Assembly: GCA_963697335.1 (NCBI GenBank)
Contig: CAVONQ010000009.1
Location: forward strand, 1 to 64,000
DNA: 64,000 nt
Source: an uncultured cyanobacterium
GTDB lineage: Bacteria > Cyanobacteriota > Cyanobacteriia > PCC-6307 > Cyanobiaceae
Direction: 5' to 3'
Shown: piece after piece, positions 20,761 through 31,005 of the stretch
Numbering within the stretch: position 1 is the first letter of the stretch
Layout: every line of letters begins with the position of its first letter
Made by a program: the position numbers and the translations under genes
Notes under the pieces: model-generated
What the model was told of the DNA's origin: nothing
The model's database searches: none
What the model saw: the letters and a program-made list of their open reading frames with translations, nothing else

Positions 20761-20778
20761 CATCAACTTCTGTTGATG
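20761..20778. promoter_or_regulatory. ArsR operator
   Basis: Perfect inverted repeat CATCAAC-TTCT-GTTGATG, containing the ATCAA-N6-TTGAT core described for Synechocystis ArsR sites. Confidence 0.75.
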
Positions 20779-20806
20779 TGAGGATGCTGCCACCCGCTCG
20801 TTCACT

Positions 20807-21832
20807 GTGCGCATCGGCATCAACGGTTTCGGCCGCATCGGCCGGCTGGTGTTTCGCGCCCTCTGGGGCCGGCCCGGCATCGAGCTGGTGCACATCAACG
20901 AGCGGGCCGGCGATGCCCACGCCGCCGCCCACCTGCTGGAATTCGATTCGGTGCACGGCCGCTGGACCCACGCCGTCGGCGCCAGCCACGACGGCCTTCA
21001 GGTGGAATCGCAGGCGATCGGCTACTCCCAGGCCAGTGATCCGGCCGCCGTGCCCTGGCGGCAGGCCGGGGTGGAGCTGGTGCTGGAGTGCAGCGGCAAG
21101 ATCAAAACGCCGGACACGCTGGCGCCCTACATCGCCGCGCTGGGCGTGGAGCGGGTGATCGTGGCCTGCCCGGTGAAGGGGGCCGTGGCCGGGGAGGAGG
21201 TGCTGAACATCGTGTACGGCATCAACCACAGCCTCTACGACCCCGCCCGCCACCGGGTGATCACCGCAGCCTCCTGCACCACCAACTGCCTGGCGCCGGT
21301 GGTGAAGGTGGTGCACGAGAGCTTCGGCATCCGCCACGGCTCGATCACCACCCTGCACGACGTGACCAACACCCAGGTGGTGATCGACGGCTTCAAGAGC
21401 GACCTGCGCCGCTCCCGCTCCTGCCTGCAGAGCCTGATCCCCACCACCACCGGCTCGGCCCGGGCGATCGGCCTGATCTTCCCCGAGCTGCAGGGCAAGC
21501 TCAACGGCCACGCCGTGCGCGTGCCCCTGCTCAACGCCTCGCTCACCGATGCGGTCTTCGAGCTGGAGCGCAGCGTCACGGCGGAGGAGGTGAACGGCGC
21601 CTTCGAGGCGGCGGCCCAGGGCCCGCTCAAGGGAATCCTCGGCTACGAAACCCGGCCGCTGGTGTCGGTGGATTACCTCAACGACAGCCGCAGTTCGATC
21701 GTGGATGCCCTCTCCACCCTGGTGGTGAACGGCAGCCAGCTCAAGGTGTTCGCCTGGTACGACAACGAGTGGGGCTACAGCTGTCGCATGGCCGACCTGG
21801 CCTGCCACGTGGCCAGCCTGGAGGACAAGTGA
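20807..21832 (+). CDS. gap3: ArsJ-associated glyceraldehyde-3-phosphate dehydrogenase
   Basis: [33 protein letters not shown] start; TGATG coupling to arsJ. Confidence 0.92.
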   Translation: MRIGINGFGRIGRLVFRALWGRPGIELVHINERAGDAHAAAHLLEFDSVHGRWTHAVGASHDGLQVESQAIGYSQASDPAAVPWRQAGVELVLECSGKIKTPDTLAPYIAALGVERVIVACPVKGAVAGEEVLNIVYGINHSLYDPARHRVITAASCTTNCLAPVVKVVHESFGIRHGSITTLHDVTNTQVVIDGFKSDLRRSRSCLQSLIPTTTGSARAIGLIFPELQGKLNGHAVRVPLLNASLTDAVFELERSVTAEEVNGAFEAAAQGPLKGILGYETRPLVSVDYLNDSRSSIVDALSTLVVNGSQLKVFAWYDNEWGYSCRMADLACHVASLEDK

Positions 21833-23085
21833 TGCGTGCCCTCTCCCCTCTGCAGCAGTACGGGATCATCACTGCCAACAACTGGTCGTTCACGGTGACC
21901 GATGGGGCGCTGCGCATGCTCGTGGTGTTCCACTTTCTCCAGCTGGGTTACACCACCCTGGAGATCGCCTTCCTGTTCATCTTCTATGAGTTCTTCGGGA
22001 TTCTCACCAACCTCTACGGCGGCTGGCTGGGGGCCCGCTTCGGCCTGAAGCTCACCCTCTGGATCGGCACGCTGCTTCAGATCGGCGCCCTGCTGCTGCT
22101 GGTGCCGGTGGCTGACACCTGGCCCAAGGGGCTCTCGGTGGCCTGGGTGATGGTGGCCCAGGCGATCAGCGGCATCGCCAAGGATCTGGAGAAGATGAGC
22201 GCCAAGAGCGCCATCCGGGTGGTGGTGCCCGAAACCCCGGACGATCACGCCAGGGGCGAGCAGCAGCTGTTCCGCTGGGTGGCCATCCTCACCGGCGCCA
22301 AGAACGGCCTCAAGGGCCTGGGCTTCTTTGTGGGTGGCCTGCTGCTCTACGCGGTGGGGTTCAACAAGGCCGTGATCGTGATGGCGGCCTGGCTGGCCCT
22401 GGCCTTTCTGATCACCCTGCTGCTGCCGCGGGACATCGGCAGGATGAAGACCAAGCCCGCCTTCAAGGCCCTCTTCTCCAAGAGCGAGGGCATCAACGTG
22501 CTCTCGCTGGCGCGCTTCTTTCTCTTCGGCGCCCGCGACGTGTGGTTCGTGGTGGCCCTGCCGGTGTTTCTGCAGACCACCCTGGGTTGGCGCTTCTGGG
22601 AAGTGGGCGGCTTCATGGGCCTGTGGGTGATCGGCTACGGCATCGTGCAGGGGTCGGCGCCGAGCCTGCGCCGCGCCTGGGGGCAGACCAGCCCGCCTGG
22701 CCCGAGTGCCGTTCAGTTCTGGGCCGCCCTGCTCACCGCCATCCCCGCCCTGATGGCGATCACCCTCTGGCGCGAGGTAGGCAACCCCGCACTCACGGTG
22801 GTGGTGGGTCTGGCCGTGTTCGGGGTGGTGTTCGCCATGAACTCCTCCATCCACAGCTATATGGTGCTGGCCTACACCGACGCCGAATCGGTGAGCCTCA
22901 ACGTGGGCTTTTATTACATGGCCAATGCGGCCGGGCGTCTGCTGGGCACGCTGCTGTCGGGCTGGCTGTTCCTGCAGGGGGGGCTGCAGGCCTGCCTGTG
23001 GTGTTCCACGCTGCTGGTGGGCCTTGCCGCTTTGGTGAGCCTGCGCCTGCCCTCCCCGAGGGCTCTGCAGACGGCGGCGCTCTGA
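21832..23085 (+). CDS. arsJ: Organoarsenical efflux MFS transporter ArsJ
   Basis: TDGALRMLVVFHF, SGIAKDLEKMSAKSAI, ARFFLFGARDVWFVVALPVFL, VGFYYMANAAGRLLGT. Confidence 0.92.
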   Translation: MRALSPLQQYGIITANNWSFTVTDGALRMLVVFHFLQLGYTTLEIAFLFIFYEFFGILTNLYGGWLGARFGLKLTLWIGTLLQIGALLLLVPVADTWPKGLSVAWVMVAQAISGIAKDLEKMSAKSAIRVVVPETPDDHARGEQQLFRWVAILTGAKNGLKGLGFFVGGLLLYAVGFNKAVIVMAAWLALAFLITLLLPRDIGRMKTKPAFKALFSKSEGINVLSLARFFLFGARDVWFVVALPVFLQTTLGWRFWEVGGFMGLWVIGYGIVQGSAPSLRRAWGQTSPPGPSAVQFWAALLTAIPALMAITLWREVGNPALTVVVGLAVFGVVFAMNSSIHSYMVLAYTDAESVSLNVGFYYMANAAGRLLGTLLSGWLFLQGGLQACLWCSTLLVGLAALVSLRLPSPRALQTAAL

Positions 23086-23103
23086 GCTCCGCCTTCAATG
23101 AAT

Positions 23104-23122
23104 GCTATTGAGAATCTCTTGC
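23104..23122 (+). promoter_or_regulatory. Possible Fur box
   Basis: GCTATTGAGAATCTCTTGC matches GATAATGATAATCATTATC at 12/19. AT-rich patch in GC-rich DNA, near ferritin. Confidence 0.35.
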
Positions 23123-23188
23123 AAAGAGGGGCCTCAAGTGGCTAGCGTCGTGGCCGCAGGCCATCGGGGCCTGGTCGCCTTCACTGCG

Positions 23189-23467
23189 TTGAACGCCCCC
23201 TTCTTCTCCACCTCCGAATCCCTGCTCGGCAGCCTCTGCCGCGAGGCCCAGGCGCTGCGGGGTCGCGGCATCCAGCTGGCCCACGCCCTGGAGCGCTGCT
23301 GTGATCGTTCCCTGCGGGATCGCCTCGGCGCCGAATCTCGCCAGGTGCTGCGCCGGCGCCGGGAGCTGCTGGAGGTGGCCAGAGCCTGGCAGCGTCAGGG
23401 CCGGGGCCACTCCCTTGCCCTCGAGCTGCTGGTGGAGCTCAGCAGCCGCCCAATCCCGGCGGCCTGA
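23189..23467 (+). CDS. Small helical hypothetical protein convergent with ferritin (start uncertain)
   Basis: Open frame 23102..23467 with host-like codons from ~23189. Confidence 0.55.
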   Translation: MNAPFFSTSESLLGSLCREAQALRGRGIQLAHALERCCDRSLRDRLGAESRQVLRRRRELLEVARAWQRQGRGHSLALELLVELSSRPIPAA

Positions 23468-23491
23468 AGCAAGCACGCTCAGGCGAGAAGC

Positions 23492-24064
23492 TCAGGCGGC
23501 GGCCTTGCCCGCTTCCTCCGCCAACTGACCATCGAGGATCAGCAGGGGGGCCGGCTCATTGCGGGCGAAGCGCACCCGGCCCAGCAGGTGGGCGGCCTCA
23601 TCCTCGGCATCGATCTGCTGTTGCACCATCGGATCGAGCACCACGGTGGTGCGCACATCGCCAGCCCGCTCGGCCATGGCGTAGAGCTGCTGCAGCGAGG
23701 TGGTCACGTCTGTTTCCATCTCGAAGATCGCCGTGAAGGCCTCTTCAGGGGTGGTCCACACCTGCCGGGGGGCCGGGATGTCCTGCAGCAGCACGGTCTG
23801 CCCCCGGGCAATCAGATAGGTGGCCAGTTCGGCGGCATGGGCCTGCTCGGTGGCAGCCTCGGCGTGCAGGTAGGCGGCAAAGCCACGCAGCTCCCGCTCG
23901 GCGAACCAGAGCGCCAGGGCGAAGTAGGCCGTGCTGGCCCGCCGCTCCATGCTGAGGTGCTCCAGCAGCCCCTCCAGCAGGGTGCTGTCCATGGGCTGGG
24001 CCATCGCCCTGCCGGCAGGACCGGTGGCGACAGAACGGGCCGAGAGGTTGGTGGACAGGGTCAT
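23492..24064 (-). CDS. ftn: Ferritin
   Basis: HLSMERRASTAY, ELRGFA, EQAHA, EQ/EDE ferroxidase-type pattern (QQIDAEDEA). Confidence 0.88.
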   Translation of the reverse strand: MTLSTNLSARSVATGPAGRAMAQPMDSTLLEGLLEHLSMERRASTAYFALALWFAERELRGFAAYLHAEAATEQAHAAELATYLIARGQTVLLQDIPAPRQVWTTPEEAFTAIFEMETDVTTSLQQLYAMAERAGDVRTTVVLDPMVQQQIDAEDEAAHLLGRVRFARNEPAPLLILDGQLAEEAGKAAA

Positions 24065-24361
24065 GGAGGGAATCTGGGGGTGGAGAAGGAGAAGCGGGAG
24101 CTGGAAGGGCTGCTCAGGTTGCACCGGCTGGCGATCCGGCGAGCAGCCGAACGTGGATCCAGGCACGGGGGCGGCAATGGAGAGAGAACCGGATCGGTGT
24201 CACCAGTGGGTTTGACCAGTTAGGGCAACCAGGCCTCAGGGAAGCGCGGGCCCGCCATTGGCGCGCTTTCGATTTTCTTAATCTACAGCGCCCCTCTGGG
24301 GTGCGGGTGGGCAGGAGTGGGCCTGGGCCAGGGCCCGCATGGCTGCCATCGATCGGCCAGC

Positions 24362-24384
24362 AAAAAGCCCCCGTCAGGGGGCTT
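24362..24384 (-). terminator. Rho-independent terminator of the porin gene
   Basis: AAGCCCCC-GTCA-GGGGGCTT hairpin; reads into a T-run on the minus strand. Confidence 0.8.
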
Positions 24385-24443
24385 GCACGTGAGGTGTGGG
24401 ATGGGCAGCCATCGGCTGCCCGGTGATGAGATCCTTCGCAGGC

Positions 24444-25910
24444 TCAGAACTTGAACGTGGTCTGAATCACGCCGCCCCAGGCGTCGTCGCCGCCGTTGGA
24501 GGCCACGTTGGTGCCGTAAAACAGCGCAGGGGTGATCGAGATGTTGTCGGTCACCTGGAACTTGTAGAAGATCTCATACAGCCAGGCTTCATCACTATTG
24601 TCACCATCTTCGAAGGGGGGCATACCCACCGCGAAGCCAGCGGAGTTGCCCTTGATGAAGGCGTCATCCCACTGCAGACCAGCCATCCAGGACTGGGAGT
24701 CAGGGAAGCCACCACCACCATCGTTGTAGCCGTAGCCCAGGCTGATGGAGGGAATCCAGCCCGAGTCAATCGGCTGCCAGTAGCCACCCACCGCCACGCT
24801 GTTGGTGTATTCGCCAGCTTCCACGGTGCCGCTGAAGTTGGGAACGCGGATCCGGGAGTTTTCCGAACCGTAGCGGTAGGCCACGGCGGCTCCCCAGTTC
24901 TTGCCCTTCACGCCCAGTTGGGTCAGGGCGTTGATGCCGCCTTCCTCGCTGAAGGCGCCGACGGTGGAATCAGCGAAGCCATCGCTGGACACGTAGTTGG
25001 CGGAGAAGGTGGCGTAGGGACGGCCCTTCTCAACCTTCTGCTTCCAGGTGAAGCCGGCGCCGGCGCCAGTGGCCTTGTTATAGGTGCCGGAAGCACCATT
25101 AAGCTGGAAGTAGTCGAGGATGCTCGACTTGTAGGCACTCGGGATGAAGGCCACCATCTCGGTGTTGCGCACCAGGGCGCCCACCGTGAACTTGAAGGAA
25201 TCGCCGACGGGGAAGTCGTAGAACAGACGGTCGATGATGACCGAGTCATCACTGGTTTCGGACTTGTCCAGTTTGAAGATCTGGGAGCTGCTGCCGAAGG
25301 GAAGTGAGCTGAAGTTGCCGGCCCGCAGGCGGGTGCGCAACAGATCCTTGCCGGTGAAGCTGGTGTCGAAACTCAGCCGCACGTCGTAGTTGAAAGTGGT
25401 GTTGTCCGGATTCGGGCCTTCCACGTTGTCGAAGTCGGGCATGCCACCGAGGATCATGCTCACCTCGCCTTTCAGCTTGGTGGTGGTGGAGAATTGGCTG
25501 GCTTCCAGTTCACCCACCTTGGCCTCGAGGCCGTCCACGCGGCCCTTGAGGATGGCGAGCTCCTTCTCGAACTCGGCCATCAGGCGCTTGAGCTCGTCGG
25601 TCACTTCGGTGACGCGGTCGAGACAGGCGTTCAGAAGGGCAGCCGCCTCAAAGCGGGTCATGGCCTTCTGGCCGCGGTAGGTGCCGTCGGGGTAGCCGGC
25701 GACGCAGCCGTAGCGCTCGATCAGGTTGGAGAGGGCCTGGTAGGCCCAGTCCGTGGGCTGCACATCCGAAAACTGGGAAATGCTGGTGACTTGCTCTTCA
25801 CTGGAGTAACGATTCACCGCCCCCATGTTGAGCTCGGTGGCACTGACACCAAGGGGTGCCAGAAGGCCCGTGCCGGCCGTGGCCAGCAGAAGTTTCTGGA
25901 AAGGTTTCAT
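24444..25910 (-). CDS. som: Cyanobacterial outer-membrane porin (Som/OprB type) with SLH domain
   Basis: QVTSISQFSDVQPTDWAYQAL, YGCVAGYPDGTY, FSTTTKLKG and C-terminal QTTFKF. Confidence 0.93.
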   Translation of the reverse strand: MKPFQKLLLATAGTGLLAPLGVSATELNMGAVNRYSSEEQVTSISQFSDVQPTDWAYQALSNLIERYGCVAGYPDGTYRGQKAMTRFEAAALLNACLDRVTEVTDELKRLMAEFEKELAILKGRVDGLEAKVGELEASQFSTTTKLKGEVSMILGGMPDFDNVEGPNPDNTTFNYDVRLSFDTSFTGKDLLRTRLRAGNFSSLPFGSSSQIFKLDKSETSDDSVIIDRLFYDFPVGDSFKFTVGALVRNTEMVAFIPSAYKSSILDYFQLNGASGTYNKATGAGAGFTWKQKVEKGRPYATFSANYVSSDGFADSTVGAFSEEGGINALTQLGVKGKNWGAAVAYRYGSENSRIRVPNFSGTVEAGEYTNSVAVGGYWQPIDSGWIPSISLGYGYNDGGGGFPDSQSWMAGLQWDDAFIKGNSAGFAVGMPPFEDGDNSDEAWLYEIFYKFQVTDNISITPALFYGTNVASNGGDDAWGGVIQTTFKF

Positions 25911-26023
25911 CGGGGTCCTCACACCGATACGACGACGCCAGACAGGCGACCGCTGGAAGTTAATGGTCCAGGTGGTCCTGATGAAGTGTTGTGGCGCCTC
26001 TCGGATGGTGATCTGGGATACTT

Positions 26024-26998
26024 TCAAGCGGGCTCGATGTGTGCATCGCTGCTTTTTGCGGCGCTTCCCTCTGCTACCTGAGTCGCCAGCAGACTGTCCA
26101 CCAGGGCTCTGCGCCCCGGTTGGGCCGTGAGCGCCGCTGCCGTGAGCCGCCAGCTCTGCCAGGCCTGGCGCTCCTGATCCTGCAGGTTCAGCTCCAGCTG
26201 GGGCAGCTGGCCACTCCAGGCCCCCCCAGTGGTGCCCTGGCCGAGCACGGCCGAGATCTCGGCGCGCAGCACCGCCAGATCGTGGAGTTCGCCCAGCCAC
26301 TCCTGGCCCTGTTTGAGGTGCCCCAGCGCCGCCCGCGCTCCCGGGCCGGCCAGGGACTCCAGGTTCTCCAGCCGGTAGCGGGCTTCCTTGATCCCCTTGC
26401 GCAGGTCGTGGAGCTGGCGCACGTTGCCACGGCCCTCTGGAGATTCCAGCCACCAGGCCGGATGCAGCAGCAGGCTGCCGATCCAGGGCCAGTGCCACTC
26501 GAGCAGCCAGTCGGCCAGGGGTTGTTGCCCCAGAGGGGTGAGCTGCGGAGCGGCCAGCCAGCCCTCCAGCGCCCTCACCAGGGAGCGGTAGCCGTTGCCG
26601 CGCAGCACGCTCCGCAGTGGCCCCTGGCTGTGGCGGCGCTGGCGCCGCAGGCGCTTCAGCACCGGCTTCAGGCGGCGGGCCTCGGTCTTGGGCAGGCCGG
26701 GCAGCACCTGCTGGTCCAGCCGCTCGATCAACACATCGAGATCCCTGGCCTGGCCAAGCCGGCGCACGGTTTTGGCCAGGGGCCTGGGGCCCACGGCCTC
26801 GGGCAGCTCCAGGGCCGGGCCGAACTGGCTCAGCACCGTGCTCAGCCGCCGCAGGGTCACCCGCATCTGGTGCAGGGGCTCGGGGTCGCGGTCGAGCAGC
26901 ACCGACCCCCTGAGGCTGATCAGGCGCTGGCTGTGCCGCTGCAACAGGCGGTGGGCCTGGCGGCCGGCGCTGAGCGGATGGAGGCCTGGATCGCCCAT
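26024..26998 (-). CDS. CHAD domain protein (polyphosphate-binding family)
   Basis: DPEPLHQMRVTLRRL, LGQARDLDV, LHDLRKGIKEARYRLE, LGELHD. Confidence 0.88.
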   Translation of the reverse strand: MGDPGLHPLSAGRQAHRLLQRHSQRLISLRGSVLLDRDPEPLHQMRVTLRRLSTVLSQFGPALELPEAVGPRPLAKTVRRLGQARDLDVLIERLDQQVLPGLPKTEARRLKPVLKRLRRQRRHSQGPLRSVLRGNGYRSLVRALEGWLAAPQLTPLGQQPLADWLLEWHWPWIGSLLLHPAWWLESPEGRGNVRQLHDLRKGIKEARYRLENLESLAGPGARAALGHLKQGQEWLGELHDLAVLRAEISAVLGQGTTGGAWSGQLPQLELNLQDQERQAWQSWRLTAAALTAQPGRRALVDSLLATQVAEGSAAKSSDAHIEPA

Positions 26999-27085
26999 GG
27001 AAGGGAGGGCCGGGGGGCTGGCCCCATGCTGCACCCGCGCAGCCCACAACACAGCGAGACTGGCCGCCAGGAGCTCCCCAACCCG

Positions 27086-28180
27086 ATGGCTTCCCCCGGC
27101 TCCGCCCTGACCCTGGTGATCAACGCCGGCAGCTCCAGCCTCAAGGCCTCGCTGCTGGCGCCCGATGGTTCCCGCCCCTGGCAGGAGCAACACGGCTGGG
27201 ACCCGGCGGAGCCCGGCGGCATGGGCGGCCTGCTGGAGCGGTGGCTGCTGCCGGCGGTGCTGCCCTGGCTGCCGCAGCTGGAGCGGATCGCCCACCGGGT
27301 GGTCCATGGCGGCGAGCGGTTCTGCCGGCCCACCCGGCTCACGCCATCGGTGATCACCGGGCTGGAGGCCATCGAATCCCTGGCGCCCCTGCACAACGGC
27401 CCGGCCCTGCAGGCGATCCGCTGGTGGGCCGCCTGGCTGGAGCGCGAGCACCAGACCCTGGCCCAGTGGGCCTGCTTTGACACGGGCTTTCACGCCTCCC
27501 TGCCGGAGGCGGCGCGCACCTATGCGATCCCCGCCGCCTGGCGGCGGCAGGGGCTGCGGCGCTACGGCTTCCATGGCCTCAACCACCAGCACGTGGCCGA
27601 GGTGGTGCAGGCCCGCTGCCCCGATGCCCGCCGCCTGATCAGTGCTCACCTCGGCGCTGGCTGCTCCCTGTGCGCCGTGCAGCTGGAGCCGGGGGCGGCA
27701 CCGCGCAGCGTGGCCACCACCATGGGCTACACCCCCCTGGAGGGCCTGGTGATGGCCAGCCGCAGCGGCAGCGTGGACCCCGGCCTGCTGCTGCACCAGA
27801 TGCGCCAGGGGCTCAGCGCCGACCAGATCGACCAGGCCCTCAACCGCCAGAGCGGGCTGCTGGGGCTCTCCGAACTCAGTGGCGACATGCGGCAGCTGCG
27901 CCAGGCCGCGGCTGCCGGCCATGGCGGTGCCCTCCTGGCCCTGGCCGTGTTCCGTCAGCGGCTGCTGGAGGGGATCGGCGCCATGGCCGCCAACCTGGGC
28001 GGCGTGGAGGTGATCGCCCTCACCGGTGGCATCGGCGAACACGACGACGCCCTGCGCCTGGAGTTGGAGCAGGCCCTTGTCTGGCTGCCGCCCTTCACCC
28101 TGCTGCGGGTGCCGGCGGATGAGGAGGGGCTGATCGCCCGCGCCTGCCGCAGGGCGGTCAGCGCTTCACGCCAGGGATGA
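27086..28180 (+). CDS. ackA: Acetate/propionate kinase
   Basis: LVINAGSSSLK, HRVVHGG, LAPLHN, FDTGFH, RYGFHG, HLGAGCS, TMGYTPLEGL, TGGIGE. Confidence 0.93.
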   Translation: MASPGSALTLVINAGSSSLKASLLAPDGSRPWQEQHGWDPAEPGGMGGLLERWLLPAVLPWLPQLERIAHRVVHGGERFCRPTRLTPSVITGLEAIESLAPLHNGPALQAIRWWAAWLEREHQTLAQWACFDTGFHASLPEAARTYAIPAAWRRQGLRRYGFHGLNHQHVAEVVQARCPDARRLISAHLGAGCSLCAVQLEPGAAPRSVATTMGYTPLEGLVMASRSGSVDPGLLLHQMRQGLSADQIDQALNRQSGLLGLSELSGDMRQLRQAAAAGHGGALLALAVFRQRLLEGIGAMAANLGGVEVIALTGGIGEHDDALRLELEQALVWLPPFTLLRVPADEEGLIARACRRAVSASRQG

Positions 28181-29393
28181 AGCGCCGCTCGTGCTGGGCA
28201 CCGGTGAGCATGCGGTTCCAGTAGAGGGAGGGAAGGACCTTGCGCTTGATGAACCACATGCTCCAGCGCTCCTTGGTGGGATCCAGGGGGAAGGAGGGCA
28301 CCGGCTGCTGCTCATAGTTGAACTCGGCCATGATCACCTTGCCGTAGCCGGTGATCAGCGGGCAGCAGCTGTAGCCGTCGTAGGCGGCCTCCAGGGGCTG
28401 GCCGTCGAGGAAGGCCAGCAGGTTCGCCACCAGCACCGGGGCCTGGCCGCGCACGGCGGCGGCGGTCTTGGAGTTGGGAATGCCGCTCACATCCCCCAGG
28501 GAGAACACGTTCGCGAAGCGCAGGTGCTGCAGGCTGAACTTGTCCACCTCCACGAAACCACTGGCAGCAGCCAGGGGGCTGCTGGCCACCACCTCCGGAG
28601 CCGCCATCGGCGGCGTCACGTGCAGCAGGCCGTAGGGGATCACGGCCTCATGGCTCTTGTCACCGTCGTTCACCTGGAACACGGCTTCGCGACTCTCCGG
28701 GCGCACGGCGGTGAGCACGTGGTTGTAGCGGGCGTCGATGCCGTGGCGCTTCACCACCTCCCGTAGCGGCGCGGCGTAGGTGGGCACGCCGAAGATCCCA
28801 GGCGTGGCGGTGGCATAGATCACCTGGGCCTGCAGACGCTTCTTCTTGAACACGTCATCGGCCAGATAGGCGATCTTCTGGGGAGCGCCCGGGCACTTGA
28901 TCGGCATCGGCGCACAGGTGAACACCGCATTGCCCTTGGTGCCTTCACTGCCTCCTTTGAAGGCCTGAATCGCCTCCCAGGTGTAGGCGGTGTACTCCTT
29001 TGAATAGTTGCTGCACACGCCGCCCTGGCCGAGGGCCTCCGTCAGCCCCTCGATCTTCTCCCAGCAGAGCCGCAGGCCGGCGGCCACGATCAGCACGTCG
29101 TAGTGGATCGCCTCGCCCTCGGTGCTGGTCACCACCGCTCGCTCGGGATCAAAAGCGGCGGCTCCGGCGCGGATCCAGTGCACGCCTGAGGGAATCACAT
29201 CGCCTTCGGCGCGGCGGGTTTCCTCCAGGCTGAACACGCCGCCCCCCACCAGGGTCCAGCCCGGCTGGTAGTAGTGCTCGCTGGAGGGCTCAAGGATGGC
29301 CACATCGAGGCCGGGGCGGGCCCGCTTCAGCTGGGCCGCGGCGGTGATTCCGGCGGCACCGCCGCCGACGATCAGAATCTGGTGATGGGCCAT
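28158..29393 (-). CDS. sqr: Sulfide:quinone oxidoreductase, type II-like (copy 1)
   Basis: IVGGGAAG, YQPGWTLVGGG, IKCPGAPQK, KTAAA, YDGYSCCPL, AEFNY. Confidence 0.87.
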   Translation of the reverse strand: MAHHQILIVGGGAAGITAAAQLKRARPGLDVAILEPSSEHYYQPGWTLVGGGVFSLEETRRAEGDVIPSGVHWIRAGAAAFDPERAVVTSTEGEAIHYDVLIVAAGLRLCWEKIEGLTEALGQGGVCSNYSKEYTAYTWEAIQAFKGGSEGTKGNAVFTCAPMPIKCPGAPQKIAYLADDVFKKKRLQAQVIYATATPGIFGVPTYAAPLREVVKRHGIDARYNHVLTAVRPESREAVFQVNDGDKSHEAVIPYGLLHVTPPMAAPEVVASSPLAAASGFVEVDKFSLQHLRFANVFSLGDVSGIPNSKTAAAVRGQAPVLVANLLAFLDGQPLEAAYDGYSCCPLITGYGKVIMAEFNYEQQPVPSFPLDPTKERWSMWFIKRKVLPSLYWNRMLTGAQHERRFIPGVKR

Positions 29394-29534
29394 GGGGCAG
29401 CGCAGGGCGCTGAGCCGCCCCGTGTAGGTCTGTTCCCATTGAGTCATGCCGAGGGTGCCCCAACGGAAGCGCTCCCCTGACTGATGGGAAACTTCGACGC
29501 CCCTGCCAGCATCCCCTGACCGACTCAGACCAGC

Positions 29535-29762
29535 TCAGGCGGCCAGCTCCTCCACATCCCGCTTGAGCAGGGCATAGAGGTAGTCGGGAGCTTTGTAGCG
29601 GTTGGGCAGGCTTTTCTGCAGCAGGGTCAAGCGCTCCCAGCACACCGTGCGCTGAATCGTGTCGAGGGATTTGCCGTTTTTGATCAATAGCCTGAGGGCC
29701 TTGCAATAGGTGGGATAGCCCGCCTCCAGTTCGCCGATCGTGAGCCTGGCCTCAACGCCCAT
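29535..29762 (-). CDS. DUF3136 family small protein (copy 1)
   Basis: LTIGELEAGYPTYCKALR...RTVCW...LP.RYKAPDYL. Confidence 0.8.
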   Translation of the reverse strand: MGVEARLTIGELEAGYPTYCKALRLLIKNGKSLDTIQRTVCWERLTLLQKSLPNRYKAPDYLYALLKRDVEELAA

Positions 29763-29942
29763 GCCAACCCCTGTGCGAAGGAAGTCCTTCATTTACAAAG
29801 CAAATCTTAAGAAGGTTTGGTGACCAAATCCAGCCCCAGGGCCAGACCCACAGATTTCTTTGGAATCGAGCGATGGCCATGGGCCTCGCCCCGCTGGCAG
29901 GGTGGGACCGGACCTCTCGGGGTCCTCCCCGCCGCGACCGCG

Positions 29943-30992
29943 ATGCCCACCGAGCTCAGCCTGCGCCAACCCGACGACTGGCATGTGCACCTGCGCGATG
30001 GCCCCATGCTCGAGGCGGTGCTGCCGGCCACGGCTCGGCAGTTCGCCCGGGCGATCGTGATGCCCAACCTCACCCCGCCGATCACCAGCGTGGCCGCGGC
30101 CCGGGCCTATGGCGAGCGCATCCGCCAGGCCCTGCCTCCGGGGTCGACGTTTGAGCCCCTGCTCACGGCCTACCTCACGGACCACACCGATCCGGCCGAG
30201 CTGGAGCGCGGCTTCCGCGAGGGCGTGTGGGTGGCCTGCAAGCTCTATCCGGCCCGCGCCACCACCAATGCCGATGCCGGGGTGAGTGACATCGAGGCGC
30301 TCGGCCCCGTGCTCGACACCCTGGAACGGATCGGCATGCCCCTGCTTCTGCACGGCGAGGTGACGGATCCCGACATCGACATCTTCGACCGGGAGGCCGT
30401 GTTCATCGAGCGGCATCTGGCGCCGATGCTGCAGCGCCACCCGGGCCTGAAGGCGGTGCTGGAGCACATCACCACCAGCGATGCGGTGGCGTTCGTGCGG
30501 GCTGGCTCGGGCCAGCTGGCGGCCACCATCACCCCCCACCATCTGCACATCAACCGCAACGCCATGTTCCAGGGGGGCCTGCGGCCCGACTTCTACTGCC
30601 TGCCGGTGGCCAAGCGGGAACTGCATCGCCTGGCCCTGCGGGCGGCGGCCACCTCAGGAGATCCGCGCTTCTTCCTGGGCACCGATTCGGCGCCCCACAG
30701 CCGCAGAGCCAAGGAGTCGGCCTGTGGCTGCGCCGGCATCTTCAACGCCCCGTTTGCGATCGAGAGCTACGCGGCGGTGTTCGAGCAGGAGCAGGCCCTC
30801 GATCGGCTGGAGGCCTTTGCCAGTGAATTCGGCCCCCGCTTCTACGGGCTGCCCCTCAACAGCGGCCGCATCACCCTGGTGCGGGAGCCCAGTCAGGTGC
30901 CCAGGCGCCTGGAACTCCACGACAGCGCCGGCGACCCCGTGGAGCTGGTGCCCTTCCACGCCGGTGAGACCCTGCCCTGGCAGCTCAGCTGA
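29943..30992 (+). CDS. pyrC: Dihydroorotase (homodimeric type)
   Basis: PDDWHVHLRDG, VMPNL, KLYP, HGEV, EHITT, CLPVAK, FLGTDSAPH. Confidence 0.96.
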   Translation: MPTELSLRQPDDWHVHLRDGPMLEAVLPATARQFARAIVMPNLTPPITSVAAARAYGERIRQALPPGSTFEPLLTAYLTDHTDPAELERGFREGVWVACKLYPARATTNADAGVSDIEALGPVLDTLERIGMPLLLHGEVTDPDIDIFDREAVFIERHLAPMLQRHPGLKAVLEHITTSDAVAFVRAGSGQLAATITPHHLHINRNAMFQGGLRPDFYCLPVAKRELHRLALRAAATSGDPRFFLGTDSAPHSRRAKESACGCAGIFNAPFAIESYAAVFEQEQALDRLEAFASEFGPRFYGLPLNSGRITLVREPSQVPRRLELHDSAGDPVELVPFHAGETLPWQLS

Positions 30993-31005
30993 GGGCCCAT
31001 TCAGC

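Noticed and set aside
25955..25990. PHO box upstream of the porin
   Set aside because: Only weak half-sites (CTTCATC, ATTAACT) 22 bp apart; not supportable.
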